From Eledone cirrhosa (Eukaryota), in assembly GCA_964016885.1 (NCBI GenBank), contig OZ024751.1, forward strand, positions 7,378,001 through 7,442,000: DNA of 64,000 nucleotides, in the 5' to 3' direction. Position 1 is the first letter of the stretch. Each line of letters begins with the position of its first letter. The position numbers were made by a program, and so were the translations under genes. The notes under the pieces are model-generated. The model worked only from the letters and a program-made list of their open reading frames with translations. It did not search any database and had not been told where the DNA came from. Shown piece after piece: positions 13,850 to 26,921 of this stretch.

Positions 13850-14375
13850 TATGTATACGTACATACATATATGTATACAGACGTACAGTAGTATGTATAT
13901 ATATACATACAAGCACATATACGTATATGCACGTATCGGTTTACCGAACATTTATTATAATGCTCGATTTGTTTGTGTGTAAACAAACAGACAGCCCGAA
14001 TTACGCCGTACAGTGTTTAGGCAACCACGTCACCTTTTTGTTCATCACTTACACAGGAACGATGTACTAGATTCAAGCTTATTAGCTATCGTCAGCATCG
14101 TATACCTATCCTGCCAGATGGTTGAACGTCTGACAATATATACTTTCCTTATGCATATTAACGGCTGAGCAGCCTTATTTGCCTATCGAGTGAGTTTAGT
14201 CGGCCGGGCACACTGAAAACGATAAATGGAATAGAATGAAACGAAATTTCATTTCTAACTCTTAGTACGGCAATTACTTAAACGTAAGTATGTTTGTATG
14301 TATACGTACATAAATATATGTATACACGACGTACAGTAGTATGTATATATATACATACATGCACACATACATATG
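13850..14375 (-). mobile_element. Retrozyme-like family A, about 1.2 units; HHR at 14059..14101 with GAAA to GAAU
   Basis: Circularly permuted unit; stem I here is ACGAUG/CAUCGU. Confidence 0.85.
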
Positions 14376-14379
14376 TTTT

Positions 14380-14700
14380 TTCCAAAAAACAAGATGGTGT
14401 AGGACAGAACAAAGGAGAGGCACAAAAACAAAGAAAATAATCCCCGGTCACATGAAGAGGTCACATAATGTGTGACGAAATAACTTTGACAATATATGAA
14501 CAATCGTCTGGTTCTGGAACAAACTAACCGGAAATTTATAAATTCCTAAATTTATAAATTTAATTTATAATAAATTGAAGTGAATGCAGCTGCTGCGTTT
14601 CTTTCTTATTGGCAACATGACCCTCCCAAAGTATAACAATATCGGTTTCAACACACGTTTTCAGATAAAGAATCTTGCTAAACAAATTCAGAAACGAAAT
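14380..14700 (+). mobile_element. Family D PLE terminal-repeat-like element with degenerate HHR (14447..14490)
   Basis: Matches 20370-20630 and 11140-11225; gtca-catgaaga-g-gtcac...gtgac-gaaataactt-tgac. Confidence 0.7.
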
Positions 14701-14707
14701 ATATATA

Positions 14708-15450
14708 TATAAAATTAGAAATGGTGCTCTGAAATAGCGATATATATATGAATGTATATATAGTGTATTTTGCAATACACTGTATGCTTAATTAAAAGCA
14801 TTTCGAAGACCTTACGCTATTGTTTTAAAGTTGTGACAGTCTAACTTACTTTAAAGTTTCAGCAAACAGGGCAGATAAAGCTGACAGAGCTCTGTTTCGT
14901 ACTGATTGGTACTTATCAAAGCCAAGTACTCCACCTGTTTGTGAAAATTATGAATGCTTGATTCTTATAGAATTCTAGTAATAATCAGGAATTGATTTTA
15001 CAGAGCGGAATAAATTGGAAGAAATTGAAAATTAGAAATGCTGCTCTGAAATACCGATATATATATGAATGTATATATAGTGTATTTTGCAATACACTAT
15101 ATGCTTAATTAAAAGCATTTCGAAGACCTTACGCTATTGTTTTAGAGTAGTGACAGTCTCACTTACATAAAATTTTCAGCAAACATGGGAGATAAAGCTG
15201 ACAGAGCTTTGTTTCGTACTGATTGGTACTTATCAAAGCCAAATACGAATTTTAATTAAGCATACACTATATATACATTCATATATATATCGTTATTTCA
15301 TAGCAGCATTTCTAATTTTAAAAATTCTGCCTGACCGGCAACCGCTCTGTATAATCATTTCCTGATTATTACTAGAATTATATAAGAATCAAGCATTCAT
15401 GATTTTCACAAACAGGTGGAGTACTTGGCTTTGATAAGTACCAATCAGTA
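14708..15450 (-). mobile_element. Retrozyme-like family B, 317-nt tandem plus inverted copy; U3-A8 HHRs at 14879..14923 and 15196..15240
   Basis: Reverse complement reads GGCU-UUGAUAA-GUAC caauca GUAC-GAAACAGAGCUCUGUC-AGCU; period 317; 15250-15450 is inverted. Confidence 0.85.
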
Positions 15451-15451
15451 A

Positions 15452-15649
15452 ACTATATATATGTGTTTGTGTCTATATTGTATCTGTATTATTTTTGACC
15501 GTAGGTCAGTCAATAGCAACATTGAGGACCGAGTAAGTTAGATTACCGATATAAAAGACACAGAAGCGAGAAGCGAAAACCAACCAAACAGTGAGTGTGT
15601 TCTGTTATTAATTCTGGCAATATTACGCAAATATGTCCCTCCCCAAGTA

Positions 15650-15655
<6 letters not shown>
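15452..15655 (+). mobile_element. 3'-terminal fragment of the PLE at 48.4-49.3k
   Basis: Reverse complement of 48427-48632; ends ccccaagtataac then (TA)n. Confidence 0.75.
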
Positions 15656-15718
<63 letters not shown>

Positions 15719-16179
15719 ATATTTATATATGCATATATATATGCATATATATACATGTATATATATATATATATATATGTATATACATATATATGTATAT
15801 ATGTATATATATATATATGTATATACACATATATATATATATATTTATATATCAAAATTAAAATCTGAAGGCAAGGTAAACTTCCAATAATTTTAATCAC
15901 GACACGTGTTCCAATAAGAGATACATCGATCGTAAAGGCATGATTAATTTTCACTGATCTCATCAGGTCAAAATGAATTGTCTTCACATTCTTGATATGA
16001 CAGAGTAAAATTTTTGGCCCGTTTTACACAACCAATAATACACCTTAGTATATAACAACTATATATATATATATATAGTTGTTATATTGTAACGTGTATT
16101 ATTCGCCAAAACTAAGGGTTGCCCCCCCTTGTCGAGCCCCACGTGGGTTTTGATAACTGTCAGTCCTTCGCTTGGCACT

Positions 16180-16358
16180 TGAACTAAAAGCCTGTTGAGA
16201 AAGTGACTCCTTGTTCGATCATCTTACAAAAAGCTTTAAGATCTGAGTTCAAATCCCGCCGAGGTTGACTTTGCCTTTCATCCTTACGGGGTCGATAAAA
16301 TAAAGTACCACTAATGCACTGGGTAATTGCTGGCATTGTGCCTAAAGTAGAAACAATT
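16180..16358 (+). mobile_element. tRNA-derived SINE (octopus-type)
   Basis: gagttcaaatcccgccgaggttgactttgcctttcatcc...ggggtcgataaaataaagtacca; copies at 11k and 50.4k. Confidence 0.8.
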
Positions 16359-16364
16359 ATTTGT

Positions 16365-16751
<387 letters not shown>

Positions 16752-16797
16752 TAGATACATATATGTACATATATATGTATATATATGTTTATATACA

Positions 16798-16869
<72 letters not shown>

Positions 16870-16876
<7 letters not shown>

Positions 16877-17310
16877 GTATGTATACTCATGTACTCTTTT
16901 ACCTGTTCCAGCCCTCCTGTTGAGGCCATGCTGCGGCACCGCCTTTGTGGCTACACATTTTATCTCCAGCCTCTATTGGTTGGCAACTACTGTAAGAGGG
17001 AGTTTGTTGCTGCTGCCCTTGGGTTTCCCTCGTGCCTTGCTGTGGGCTCATCCGGGTACCTGAATAGCAAGGTGTCGAGATGTTTCTTGAAGACATCCAA
17101 CTTCACACCATGCAGATATCTCAGATCCCTCGGCAGCTGGTTGAAGAGTTGCGGTCTTTTGAATCCCAGGCAACAGCAATATCTGCTCCTTGTCCTAGAT
17201 GTGGAAACGGGACCTTTTGGCACCACACAGTGACGTCCTGTTCGACGGTTGGTACAGCTCCCAATGCCAAAGTTTGGTGGTAGTCTCTCCAGGATTTTCC
17301 CCATGTAGAT
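16870..17310 (-). mobile_element. 3' end of a CR1/L2-group LINE
   Basis: KILERLPPNFG...[12 protein letters not shown]...[16 protein letters not shown]...NSLLQ is a typical ORF2 C-terminus; exact clade uncertain. Confidence 0.75.
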
Positions 17311-17371
17311 ATATATGTATTTATATATCAAAGATATATATTGAGTTAGGAACTCAAAATATTTATATACA

Positions 17372-17425
<54 letters not shown>

Positions 17426-17427
<2 letters not shown>

Positions 17428-17617
17428 AACGAGTAGGACCCCGACGGCTGAGTTCAAGCCGTTTCGACGGCTAATTATGGTCCAGAATTTGCTGTCGAAA
17501 CGGCTTGAGCTCAGCCGTCGGGGTCCTACACGTTCCTATTACCCACTCTACTACCCTAAGTATTGAGTACTTTGGTGCGTTATGGTCCATCTGGTTCCTT
17601 ACCACATTTCCGTCGTT
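17426..17617. mobile_element. Family C fold-back (3' half of an HHR plus tail); other copies at 33542..33703, 37086..37195, 44790..44937 and 52751..52890
   Basis: ggaacgagtaggaccccgacggctgag...tttcgac inverted against gtcgaaacggcttgagctcagccgtcggggtcctac; TA-flanked. Confidence 0.8.
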
Positions 17618-17690
17618 ATATATATATATATATGTATATGTGTGTGTGTGTGTAAATGCAATAGAAGAACGTTTACATACTCAAACAGTT

Positions 17691-17750
17691 TTTATTTGCT
17701 GACCATGTTTCATCAAAACCTTTGGGCAGGAATCATCAGAGCTTAATAAA
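17691..17750 (-). ncRNA. Hammerhead ribozyme (family shared with 45-46.5k)
   Basis: Reverse complement UUUAUUaaGCU-CUGAUGA-UUCCUGCCCAAAGGUUUUGAU-GAAAC AUG GUC-AGCAAAUAAA; stem II weak. Confidence 0.75.
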
Positions 17751-18642
17751 CGAAAACACGGTGCTGATTATAAGCTCTACCAGGCTTAGTGACACAAACA
17801 ATAGAATACAATTGAGGGTAAAAATAGGGAGATCGGGGATGGCGAATAAGGGGAGAGAGTACATGTTGGGGTTGTTATTAAGCACTACAGCTAAATGCTA
17901 TGGTACAGGCAGAATTATTTTCACAAGATGCAAATGCAAGTGATGGCACATAAAAGCAAAAAGTTTAAACAATGGTTAAAACATATTAAAAAAAGTAAAA
18001 GGAAGATGATATAAGGAGATAAAAAATAAATAAAAAAGCTAATTTTTTTAAAAGGAAAAAACGAAAAAAAAAAAATAAAATAAATAAAAAATAAAAAGTT
18101 GTAAGCACATCAAAAGCCAGAGTAAGTTAAGCGCTGGTCCCTATATATAACAAGTAAATAGGATGTCCGTAACTTATAGTTATGTAAGTACTAATAGGTA
18201 CGTAAGGTACCTCCAGAAAGCCGAAAGTGATTTTAATTCTCGTCATAAACAAGGTATACTAGCAGGTAATTGAATTACGTGGCCCATGGGTGTCAACAAG
18301 TATATAGACAGGTACCATATATATATTTTTTTTCCCCACTACAAGCTGAATATTACATAAAAGAGGGACATCCCCCAACTATATAAACCTCAATCTAGTT
18401 AGAAAAATATAAAAAAATCTCTTCTCAACATATATATGTATATTAATAACCTTAAATTACCACACTAATAATGGAAAGATATGCTGATGAGAATAGGTGC
18501 GAATATGCTATAATGAATGTGTCTAAAAGCGACCATATGTATGTATATATATGTGAAAATGTATATAAATAAGTAAATATATATATATGTTTAATTTGTA
18601 TAGTTAGATGTAAGTGTATTCATGTATTAAGGTGTTTATATA

Positions 18643-18698
<56 letters not shown>

Positions 18699-19222
18699 GT
18701 ATATATGTATATATGTGTGTCTATACGTGTGTATATAAAGATAAGTTGAGTATGAAAATGTATACACATGAATGCGTATGTATGTACATATATATATATG
18801 TATATATATGTATATATATATATATATATATATACATGTGTATATGTATGTAAGTATGAGCATGTAAATATGTGTATGTGAATATATGTATTTTGTAGAG
18901 GTGTGCATATATGTTTGTGTGTGAATGCGTGGGCGAAAGGATACGTACACTTGTAAGAAAAATTTAAGTCTGAACGTTAATTAAGTGCAAACACAAAACC
19001 AACCATGCAGATCTATACTATCTCTAATCCTTCTATAGATTTAGAAAAATAACCAATAATATATTCTATAAAAATGTCAAAAAGACAGATGGGAATCTAA
19101 TTACTCACTGCCACCAAAAATTCTCACTGCTATCAAAAAACGACTCCCTCAACTATTCTTCTAACAACTTCACCCCTCCCTCCTAATATTCTCTATAAAA
19201 AGCAAACAGGTCCTCAATAAAA

Positions 19223-19343
19223 TTATTCTGATGAAATGACAGTTGATAATAACATTGAAATATTGAATGTCTGCATAACTAATACTTTGTAGATAGAAGC
19301 TGTTTTCAGGTTGTGTAACTGGTATTGAAACACGTGTCAATAA
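19223..19343 (+). ncRNA. Hammerhead ribozyme with long stem II
   Basis: UUAUU-CUGAUGA-AAUGACAGUUG...UAACUGGUAUU-GAAAC ACGU GUC-AAUAA. Confidence 0.8.
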
Positions 19344-19375
19344 ATTCCTTTTAACTAAACTGTATCCATTTAAAT

Positions 19376-19463
<88 letters not shown>

Positions 19464-19544
19464 TAAAATAACAGATTAAAGTTTAAGCAAAAAATCCCTG
19501 CTTTCACCCTTAACGGGATCTTCTCTAGTAACATTGTCACAAAT

Positions 19545-19813
19545 GTAAGGTTGAAACACCCACGTTTCGTAGGGCCTATATAGTGTTAACCGCCAATAGA
19601 TTCAAGCAGCGTCTTTACATGCATACCCATTCTTTTCTTAACACGTTAAGAAGGAATATGATGTCACTTTCAGCTTATAACTTGTGTCTAAAAGACAACC
19701 ACACCCAATATAAGTTACGCTGGGATATCCTAGCTAAGGCTAGATCGTATAACGGAAATAAAAGACCATGTGACCTATGCGCCGCTGATGCCCTGGAAAG
19801 GCTCTACGCTTAA
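19545..19813 (+). pseudogene. Penelope-like (Naiad-type) GIY-YIG endonuclease fragment
   Basis: TANRFKQRLYMHTHSF...SLSAY...[22 protein letters not shown]. Confidence 0.8.
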
Positions 19814-19942
19814 ACAAAAAATCTGAGGCAAGTTCGGGTTGGAAATATAAATTGCACAAAACATATTTATATGTATATATATATGTATACATATATATCT
19901 ATACATATATATATATGTATATATATATATATACATATATAC

Positions 19943-20022
<80 letters not shown>

Positions 20023-20025
20023 ATC

Positions 20026-20741
<716 letters not shown>

Positions 20742-20754
20742 ATATATATATATA

Positions 20755-21973
20755 TACAAAGTGTTAAAACGTTCAAATGTTAATTTAGAACATCTATTAG
20801 CTGACAATTGTTTCTTACAGAGGAAAGTCTGGATTCATCGAAGCATAAGGAATGTCGAAAACGTGAAACTACAATCCTAGTCATTTCAAACATTTAGGGT
20901 ACTAAGTTGTTATTAGTGGGAAAGGCATCATGTGGAAAGTCAGGAGTTAAAAGTTATTCTGCTTGAAATAACACAATTACAGGCAGCACTGGTTGGAAGT
21001 GTAATAGGTACAAGTAAAAGCAAAATTCGCAAACAGAAAAATCACAAGCCAAAAATTCACAAGCAAAACAACACACTGAAAGAAGTTATAGGCAAGGACA
21101 ATTGGTGTACAATTTAGGAGTCAACGCAGTCAATAATGCATGTATGAGGAAAGAGTTATACTGCAGTTGAAGTAAACATATTTTGTGTGGGGTGTTAAAG
21201 AATGTTATATTTGTTATAAACATTTATTATAGTGTGAAATTTGTTAGAGTGGCATGTGGTGATAATGTTGGTATTTTTTATGTAAGGTGTAATGTAAAAC
21301 ACTAGATAGAGTTCGGTATGTGATTATCATTTAAGTGTTTTGGTGATGTTGTTCGTGTGTATGTGTATATGTTGTTTGTTACTCACGTCTATTTACCATG
21401 GCATTGTTTAAAGTCGTTTATAGTCAATAGGTGTTTTTTGTTAAATGTAAATTCCTCCGAATTACTGGCCATGTTGCTATTGGAGATATATTATCTGATG
21501 TATTTTTTATCTGTAAATTATCTTTTCTAAGGTCTGTATTAACCGTTATTAAGCTGTTGGTAAATCGTTGGGTTACTTAATTTTATAATTTTACACGGGA
21601 AGTCGTAAAGGAGGTTAATAACAAATGGAGGTAATTAATGTTGTTGATAAATTAAGTGTTGTTATAATGTTGTGGTAGTGTTATGAATTAATCTATATAG
21701 AGAATATAAAATATAAAATATGAAATATTCTTGGTTATATAATTACTATCTTTTAAACTTGTGTGTGTGTGAGGTGGGAGGGTAAAAATATGTTGTAAAT
21801 TTAGTTTATTATAACTAGATAGTTTTTACTTAGTGAATATATGCATGTATAATATAAGGCATAACATATGTGTGACTATGTATAAATTTATACCCACACA
21901 CACACATATCTGCACACACACTTATACACACATATACATATATATATACACATGCATATGCACCCACATATAT

Positions 21974-21990
<17 letters not shown>
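20755..21990 (-). mobile_element. PLE-derived 3' region with decayed HHR (20799..20845); end related to 50870-50970
   Basis: Reverse complement gct-tcgatga-atccagactttcctctgtaa-gaaacaattgtc-agct; 21810-21990 also occurs inverted at 25800-26000. Confidence 0.55.
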
Positions 21991-22024
<34 letters not shown>

Positions 22025-22583
22025 TAATCGAGAATCGGAATATCAACCCACGAAATCACGATAAACTATATCCGATATATGTGGCAGGGGGCTCAATAAT
22101 TTGGAAACGTCAGAGCTATAACTATCGTTAAAATACCAACACATAGAGATCATGTCTAAAATCACCCATGCAGCCGAAAAAGAACGACCAGGAAGATTCG
22201 GGTCACTCAAATAAAATATCAATAATTTAATAAATTAAATGAATGTAAAAAACTCACCCGGACCCGCTAGAACGATGTTAAATCTAGCTTCTTGGGTTTC
22301 TGCAATTCCTTAATCCAATCACTATCAGCCCACATAAAAGATATATAAGACTTCTAGAGAAGAGATGAACGAGGAAAGGCTTCTTCAACGAGTATTTCGT
22401 TCCATAATACATAGGGCACCCGAAGCCAAACAACGCACATGGTATTCAGCAAGGGAGGGAACCCTTATATTAGCGAAAGAATTCGGTGATGTGTAAATTA
22501 TGTAAGAATACAAATTATCACATATCGAATCATATATATATATACAGATACATATATACATACATACATACACATACACACAT

Positions 22584-24580
22584 ATATATACTTGCAAACA
22601 TACTGATTGTGTAGAGATAGTTGAAGTTTTCATGGCTGGATAGTGAGTTGCATAATATATACTGGAGTTATTGGAGTTATATAAACAGTTGTCTGCTATG
22701 GGTAACCTACTTAGTCGGCTTAGTTCTCTTAAACAAAATACACAATAATCTACCTTACCTCAACGGTAGTCTATATCGATACAACGCACTCTTCCTCTTA
22801 GACTAAAAAAGTTCAATATAGAAAGAACCAGGAAACAATTACATAAAGTTTTTAAAAACTATAACTTAGGTATCACTTTAGATAAAAACACCAAAAATGT
22901 TAACTTCCTGGACATCACTCTCTACTTAGACTCTAAAAAATACACACCTTACCATAAACCCAATGAAACACTTTTCTATGTTAATACCAACTCTAACCAC
23001 GCTAAATCTTTACTGACCTCAATCATTAAAGGGGTATCCAATAGAATCTCTTGCCTTTCTTACAACCAGAATACATTTAAACGTAACTCCCAATACTATA
23101 ATAAAAAATTAGCCCGTTCAGGCCATAGAGATAACATTAAATTTAAACCTAAATCGTCAACCACCCATAGATAACCTAATATCATTTCACACAACATGGC
23201 CATGAATAAAATTAAATATCAACGTAGTATTGTAATTCCAGATTCATGTACAAAGGGCCCCATAAAAAAAGTTAAATCAGACCACAGCAATGACCATAAG
23301 AAACACCACAGAAAGAAAAATATAAATATGAAGGAATCTAACCCCACACTAAACAGTAGTATGAATAACAACCATAGGAAAAATAGAAGTAGCACATTTT
23401 TTAACCCTCCGTTCAACTTAAATGTATCAACAAACATACCTAAAACTTTCTTCCCTACTCTAGACAAAAACATCCCAACTAACATTACATACCATTTAAC
23501 AAAAACAATTAAAATGTCCTACTCCACCACACCTAACATAGGATACCATATAGCCAGCACCAACAAGAGAAATATTGAAAAGTACTTCAAACTACATCAA
23601 AGTAATAATGTCCAGCATAGAAATAAACTGAACAACAACACAGTAGATGACCATACAAGTCATACTAATAATACAAATAGTAATCACACTCACCATAATC
23701 ATAACACTAGAAGTAGAAACAGAAACAACCACTCAAATGCACACCCCTCAACCAGTCTACTATTAAACAAAACAATTGTAACTGTAGGCCTAACAAGACA
23801 TGTCCATTAAATAAGAACTGCCTAATTAAAGACATTGTCTACTACGGTACTGTAACCGCCAATCACATCTCGAAAGTATATATAGGCTCTACATCGAATA
23901 GCTTTAAGACCATATATAGTTCACACCTTGATTCGTTCAGAAACCCTAAACTTAGTAACGTAGACTCAATATCCACATACATACACTCATTGAAATCAAG
24001 TAATATACCATACACCTTAAAATGGGAAGTGATAGCTAAGGCCCCTTCATATAAACCACCTAACAAATTTGGTAACCTTTGCATCCTCGAGTCTAAAAAT
24101 ATTATTCACTCTAACCTTAGCCTACTAAACAGGAAATCAGAGATCTTCTACACGTGTCCACATTACCATAGATTCTCGTTCCAATACTTCAAACATAGCA
24201 ACTAATAATAATAAAAATAAAAATAAAGACCAATGTCGGAGATAACACTAGACCACCACCTTGTAATTTATCCAACTAGACCTTCATTTATCCAACTAGA
24301 CCTTCATCTATCCAACTAGGCCTTCGTGAATATAGGAATACACCTTAATTAAAGACCACACTGACCTACATACTGTCAATAAACACCAGTTTGATCTATT
24401 ACATTATACAATGAAAAGATTTAAATTATATAGACAACCTAATAAATTCCCAATAAACAACACCAACTAAATAGGAGACAATTGTGTATATAACTCCAAT
24501 TACTCCAGTATATATTATGCAACTGACAATCCTGTCATTAAAAACTTCAACTATCTCTACACAATCAGTATGTTTACATG
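22584..24580 (+). mobile_element. 5'-truncated Naiad-type Penelope-like element (RT, thumb, GIY-YIG) with inverted terminal copy
   Basis: WVTYLVGLVLL, LYRYNAL, VNFLDITL, YHKPNETLFYVNTNSNH, FFNPPFN, CNCRPNKTCPLNKNCL, VYIGSTSNSFK, LCILESKNI..LLNRKSEIFYTCPH; 22584-22694 is the reverse complement of 24476-24580. Confidence 0.9.
24268..24326 (+). repeat. 20-bp tandem repeat, 3 copies
   Basis: ttatccaactagaccttcat repeated in the PLE 3' UTR. Confidence 0.9.
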
Positions 24581-24637
24581 TATATATGTGTGCGTATGTA
24601 TATGTATGTATGTATATATGTATATGTATATATATAT

Positions 24638-25770
24638 AAACGGAAAAAAATGAAACGAAATTTCATTTCTCACTCTTATTACGGCTGTTACTTAAATATA
24701 AGTATGTATACGTACATACATATATGTATACAGACGTGCAGTAGTATGTATATGTATATATACATACATGCACACACATATATATATGTACGTATGAATT
24801 CACCGAACATTTATTATAATGCTCGGTGTGTTTGTAAACAAACATCCCGAATTAAGCCGTACAGTCTCTAGCAACCATCGTTTCTCATTTGTTCAACACT
24901 GACAAAGGAACGCTGTCCTAGTTTCAAGCTTATTAGCTATCGTCAGCAACGTATACCTTCCTGCCAGATGGTTGAAAGTCTAAAAGTATAAAGTTTCCTT
25001 ATGCATATTAACGGCTGAGTAGCCTAATTTGCATATCGAGTGAGTTAATCGGCCGGGGTACCGAAAACGATAAACGGAAAAAATGAAACGAAATTTCATT
25101 TCTCACTTCTTAGTACGGCTGTTACTTAAATATGAGTATATATACATACATACATGCATACATATATATATATATGTACGTATGGATTCACTGAACATTT
25201 ATTATAATGCTCGGTGTGTTTGTAAACAAACATCCCGAATTAATCCGTACTAGTTTCAAGCTTATTAGCTATCGTCAGCAACGTATACCTTGCGAGGTAT
25301 ACGTTGCTGGTATACGTACATACAAGGTATGTACGTATACATACTTATATCTAAGTAACAGCCGTACTAAGGGTGAGAAATTAAATTTCGTTTCATTTTT
25401 TTCGTTTATCGTTTTCGGTACTCCAGTCGATTAACTCACTCGATATGCAAATTAGGCTGCTCAGCCGTTAATATGCATAAGGAAAGTTTATACTTTCAGA
25501 CGTTCAACCATCTGGCAGGAAGGTATACGTTGCTGACGATAGCTAATAAGCTTGAAACTAGTACAGCGTTCCTTTGTCAGTGTTGAACAAATGAGCAACG
25601 ATGGTTGCTAGACACTGTACGGCTTAATTCGGGATGTTTGTTTACAAACACACCGAGCATTATAATAAATGTTCGGTGAATCCATACGTACATATATATG
25701 TGTGCATGTATGTATATATATATACATACTACTGTACGTCTGTATACATATTTGTATGTACGTATACTTA
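24638..25770. mobile_element. Retrozyme-like family A: tandem minus units then a fold-back plus unit
   Basis: Unit start recurs at 24638 and 25072 (period 434); HHRs at 24910..24952 (-, triplet mutated), 25248..25284 (-, partial) and 25527..25569 (+, intact). Confidence 0.9.
25527..25569 (+). ncRNA. Type I hammerhead ribozyme, family A
   Basis: ACGUUG-CUGACGA-UAGCUAAUAAGCUU-GAAACUAGUA-CAGCGU. Confidence 0.9.
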
Positions 25771-25772
25771 AT

Positions 25773-25803
<31 letters not shown>

Positions 25804-26568
25804 ATGTGTATATATGTGTGTGCATATGTGTGTGTGTATATATAAATATATATATATATATGTGTGTGTGTATAAGTGTGTGTGTGCAGATATGTGTGTG
25901 TGTATGTATATATGTTTATACATAGTCAGACATATGTTATGCCTTGTATTATACATGCACATACTAACTAAGCAAAAACTATCTAGTTATAATAAACTAC
26001 ATTAAAAAAAAACGTGTGTACCCCCCACCCCCATCCTATTGGTACCAACAGCATTGGGACTAGGCGGCAATACAACATGAAGTCTATATAAATCCTCCCT
26101 CGTATCGGTAAGCGCCGCCTCGCAAGTAGGGCATTTCCACCCCGAGACAGTCAAGGAGGTAAAGGCCCAATATTTGGTTAACCCAACATTTCCAATTTAC
26201 ATCGTCAAATTGAGATTTGACCATTGTAGCATCTGTTGTTTTGTGAACCAACTTTCGGTGAATGCTGTGTTGGTACATTCTTATATTTGTTTTCTTGTAT
26301 TTGTTTTTTTCACTGACATCGCTTCGGTGTGTGTCAGTGTGTGTGTACCCACCCACACTAAGTGTGACCTTCTATAATTCTAAAGGTTTGATACTGTGTT
26401 GATGTGTGTATGTATATGTATATATTTTTTCTTTGACCTTGTGCCGGTGTATGTGTGATGGAGGGTCTGTGGTTTTTCTCACATCAGATGTGACAAAAAC
26501 CACAGACCCTCCATCTCAACTCTACTTTTGAAAAGCACTCAACAGTTTAGTGGAGTAAATACACAAGA

Positions 26569-26921
26569 TATTAATAAATGGAAACTATATTTATAAAACC
26601 ATATTTATTTTATTATATATATTTCAAGGGCAACCAAGGCAAATTATGGTGCGCTCTCATCAGATAAAATACTGATTTGTTTTATAAATAAATATTGACA
26701 TCCCCGGAAAAAAGACTACCGTAACGGTTGGAGCTTCCTGGAAGCTTCCAGGAAGCTCAAACCGTTAAGGTTATCTTTTTTCCGGGGATGTCAATATTTA
26801 TTTATAAAACAAATCAGTATTTTATCTGATGAGAGCGCACCATAATTTGCCTTGGTTGCCCTTGAAATATATATAATAAAATAAATATGGTTTTATAAAT
26901 ATAGTTTCCATTTATTAATAT
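26569..26921. repeat. Near-perfect spacerless palindrome (about 350 bp) carrying HHRs at 26606..26671 (-) and 26818..26883 (+)
   Basis: Centre aagctt at 26742-26747; UAUUUUAU-CUGAUGA-GAGCGCACCA...UGGUUGCCCUU-GAAAUAUAUAUA-AUAAAAUA. Confidence 0.88.

Noticed and set aside
13093-13986. Long YI/IY, HT, CV and SL-repeat ORFs here and throughout the ORF track
   Set aside because: Translations of (TA)n, (CA)n and (CT)n microsatellites, which lack stop codons; not genes.
23765-24205. Possible selenocysteine (in-frame TGA) Naiad protein
   Set aside because: The conserved Cys positions I could read here and at 19.7k, 38.3k and 57.4-57.7k are not TGA codons; no SECIS recognised.
24268-24326. CRISPR-like short repeats
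   Set aside because: Contiguous 20-bp tandem with no spacers, no cas genes, eukaryotic context.
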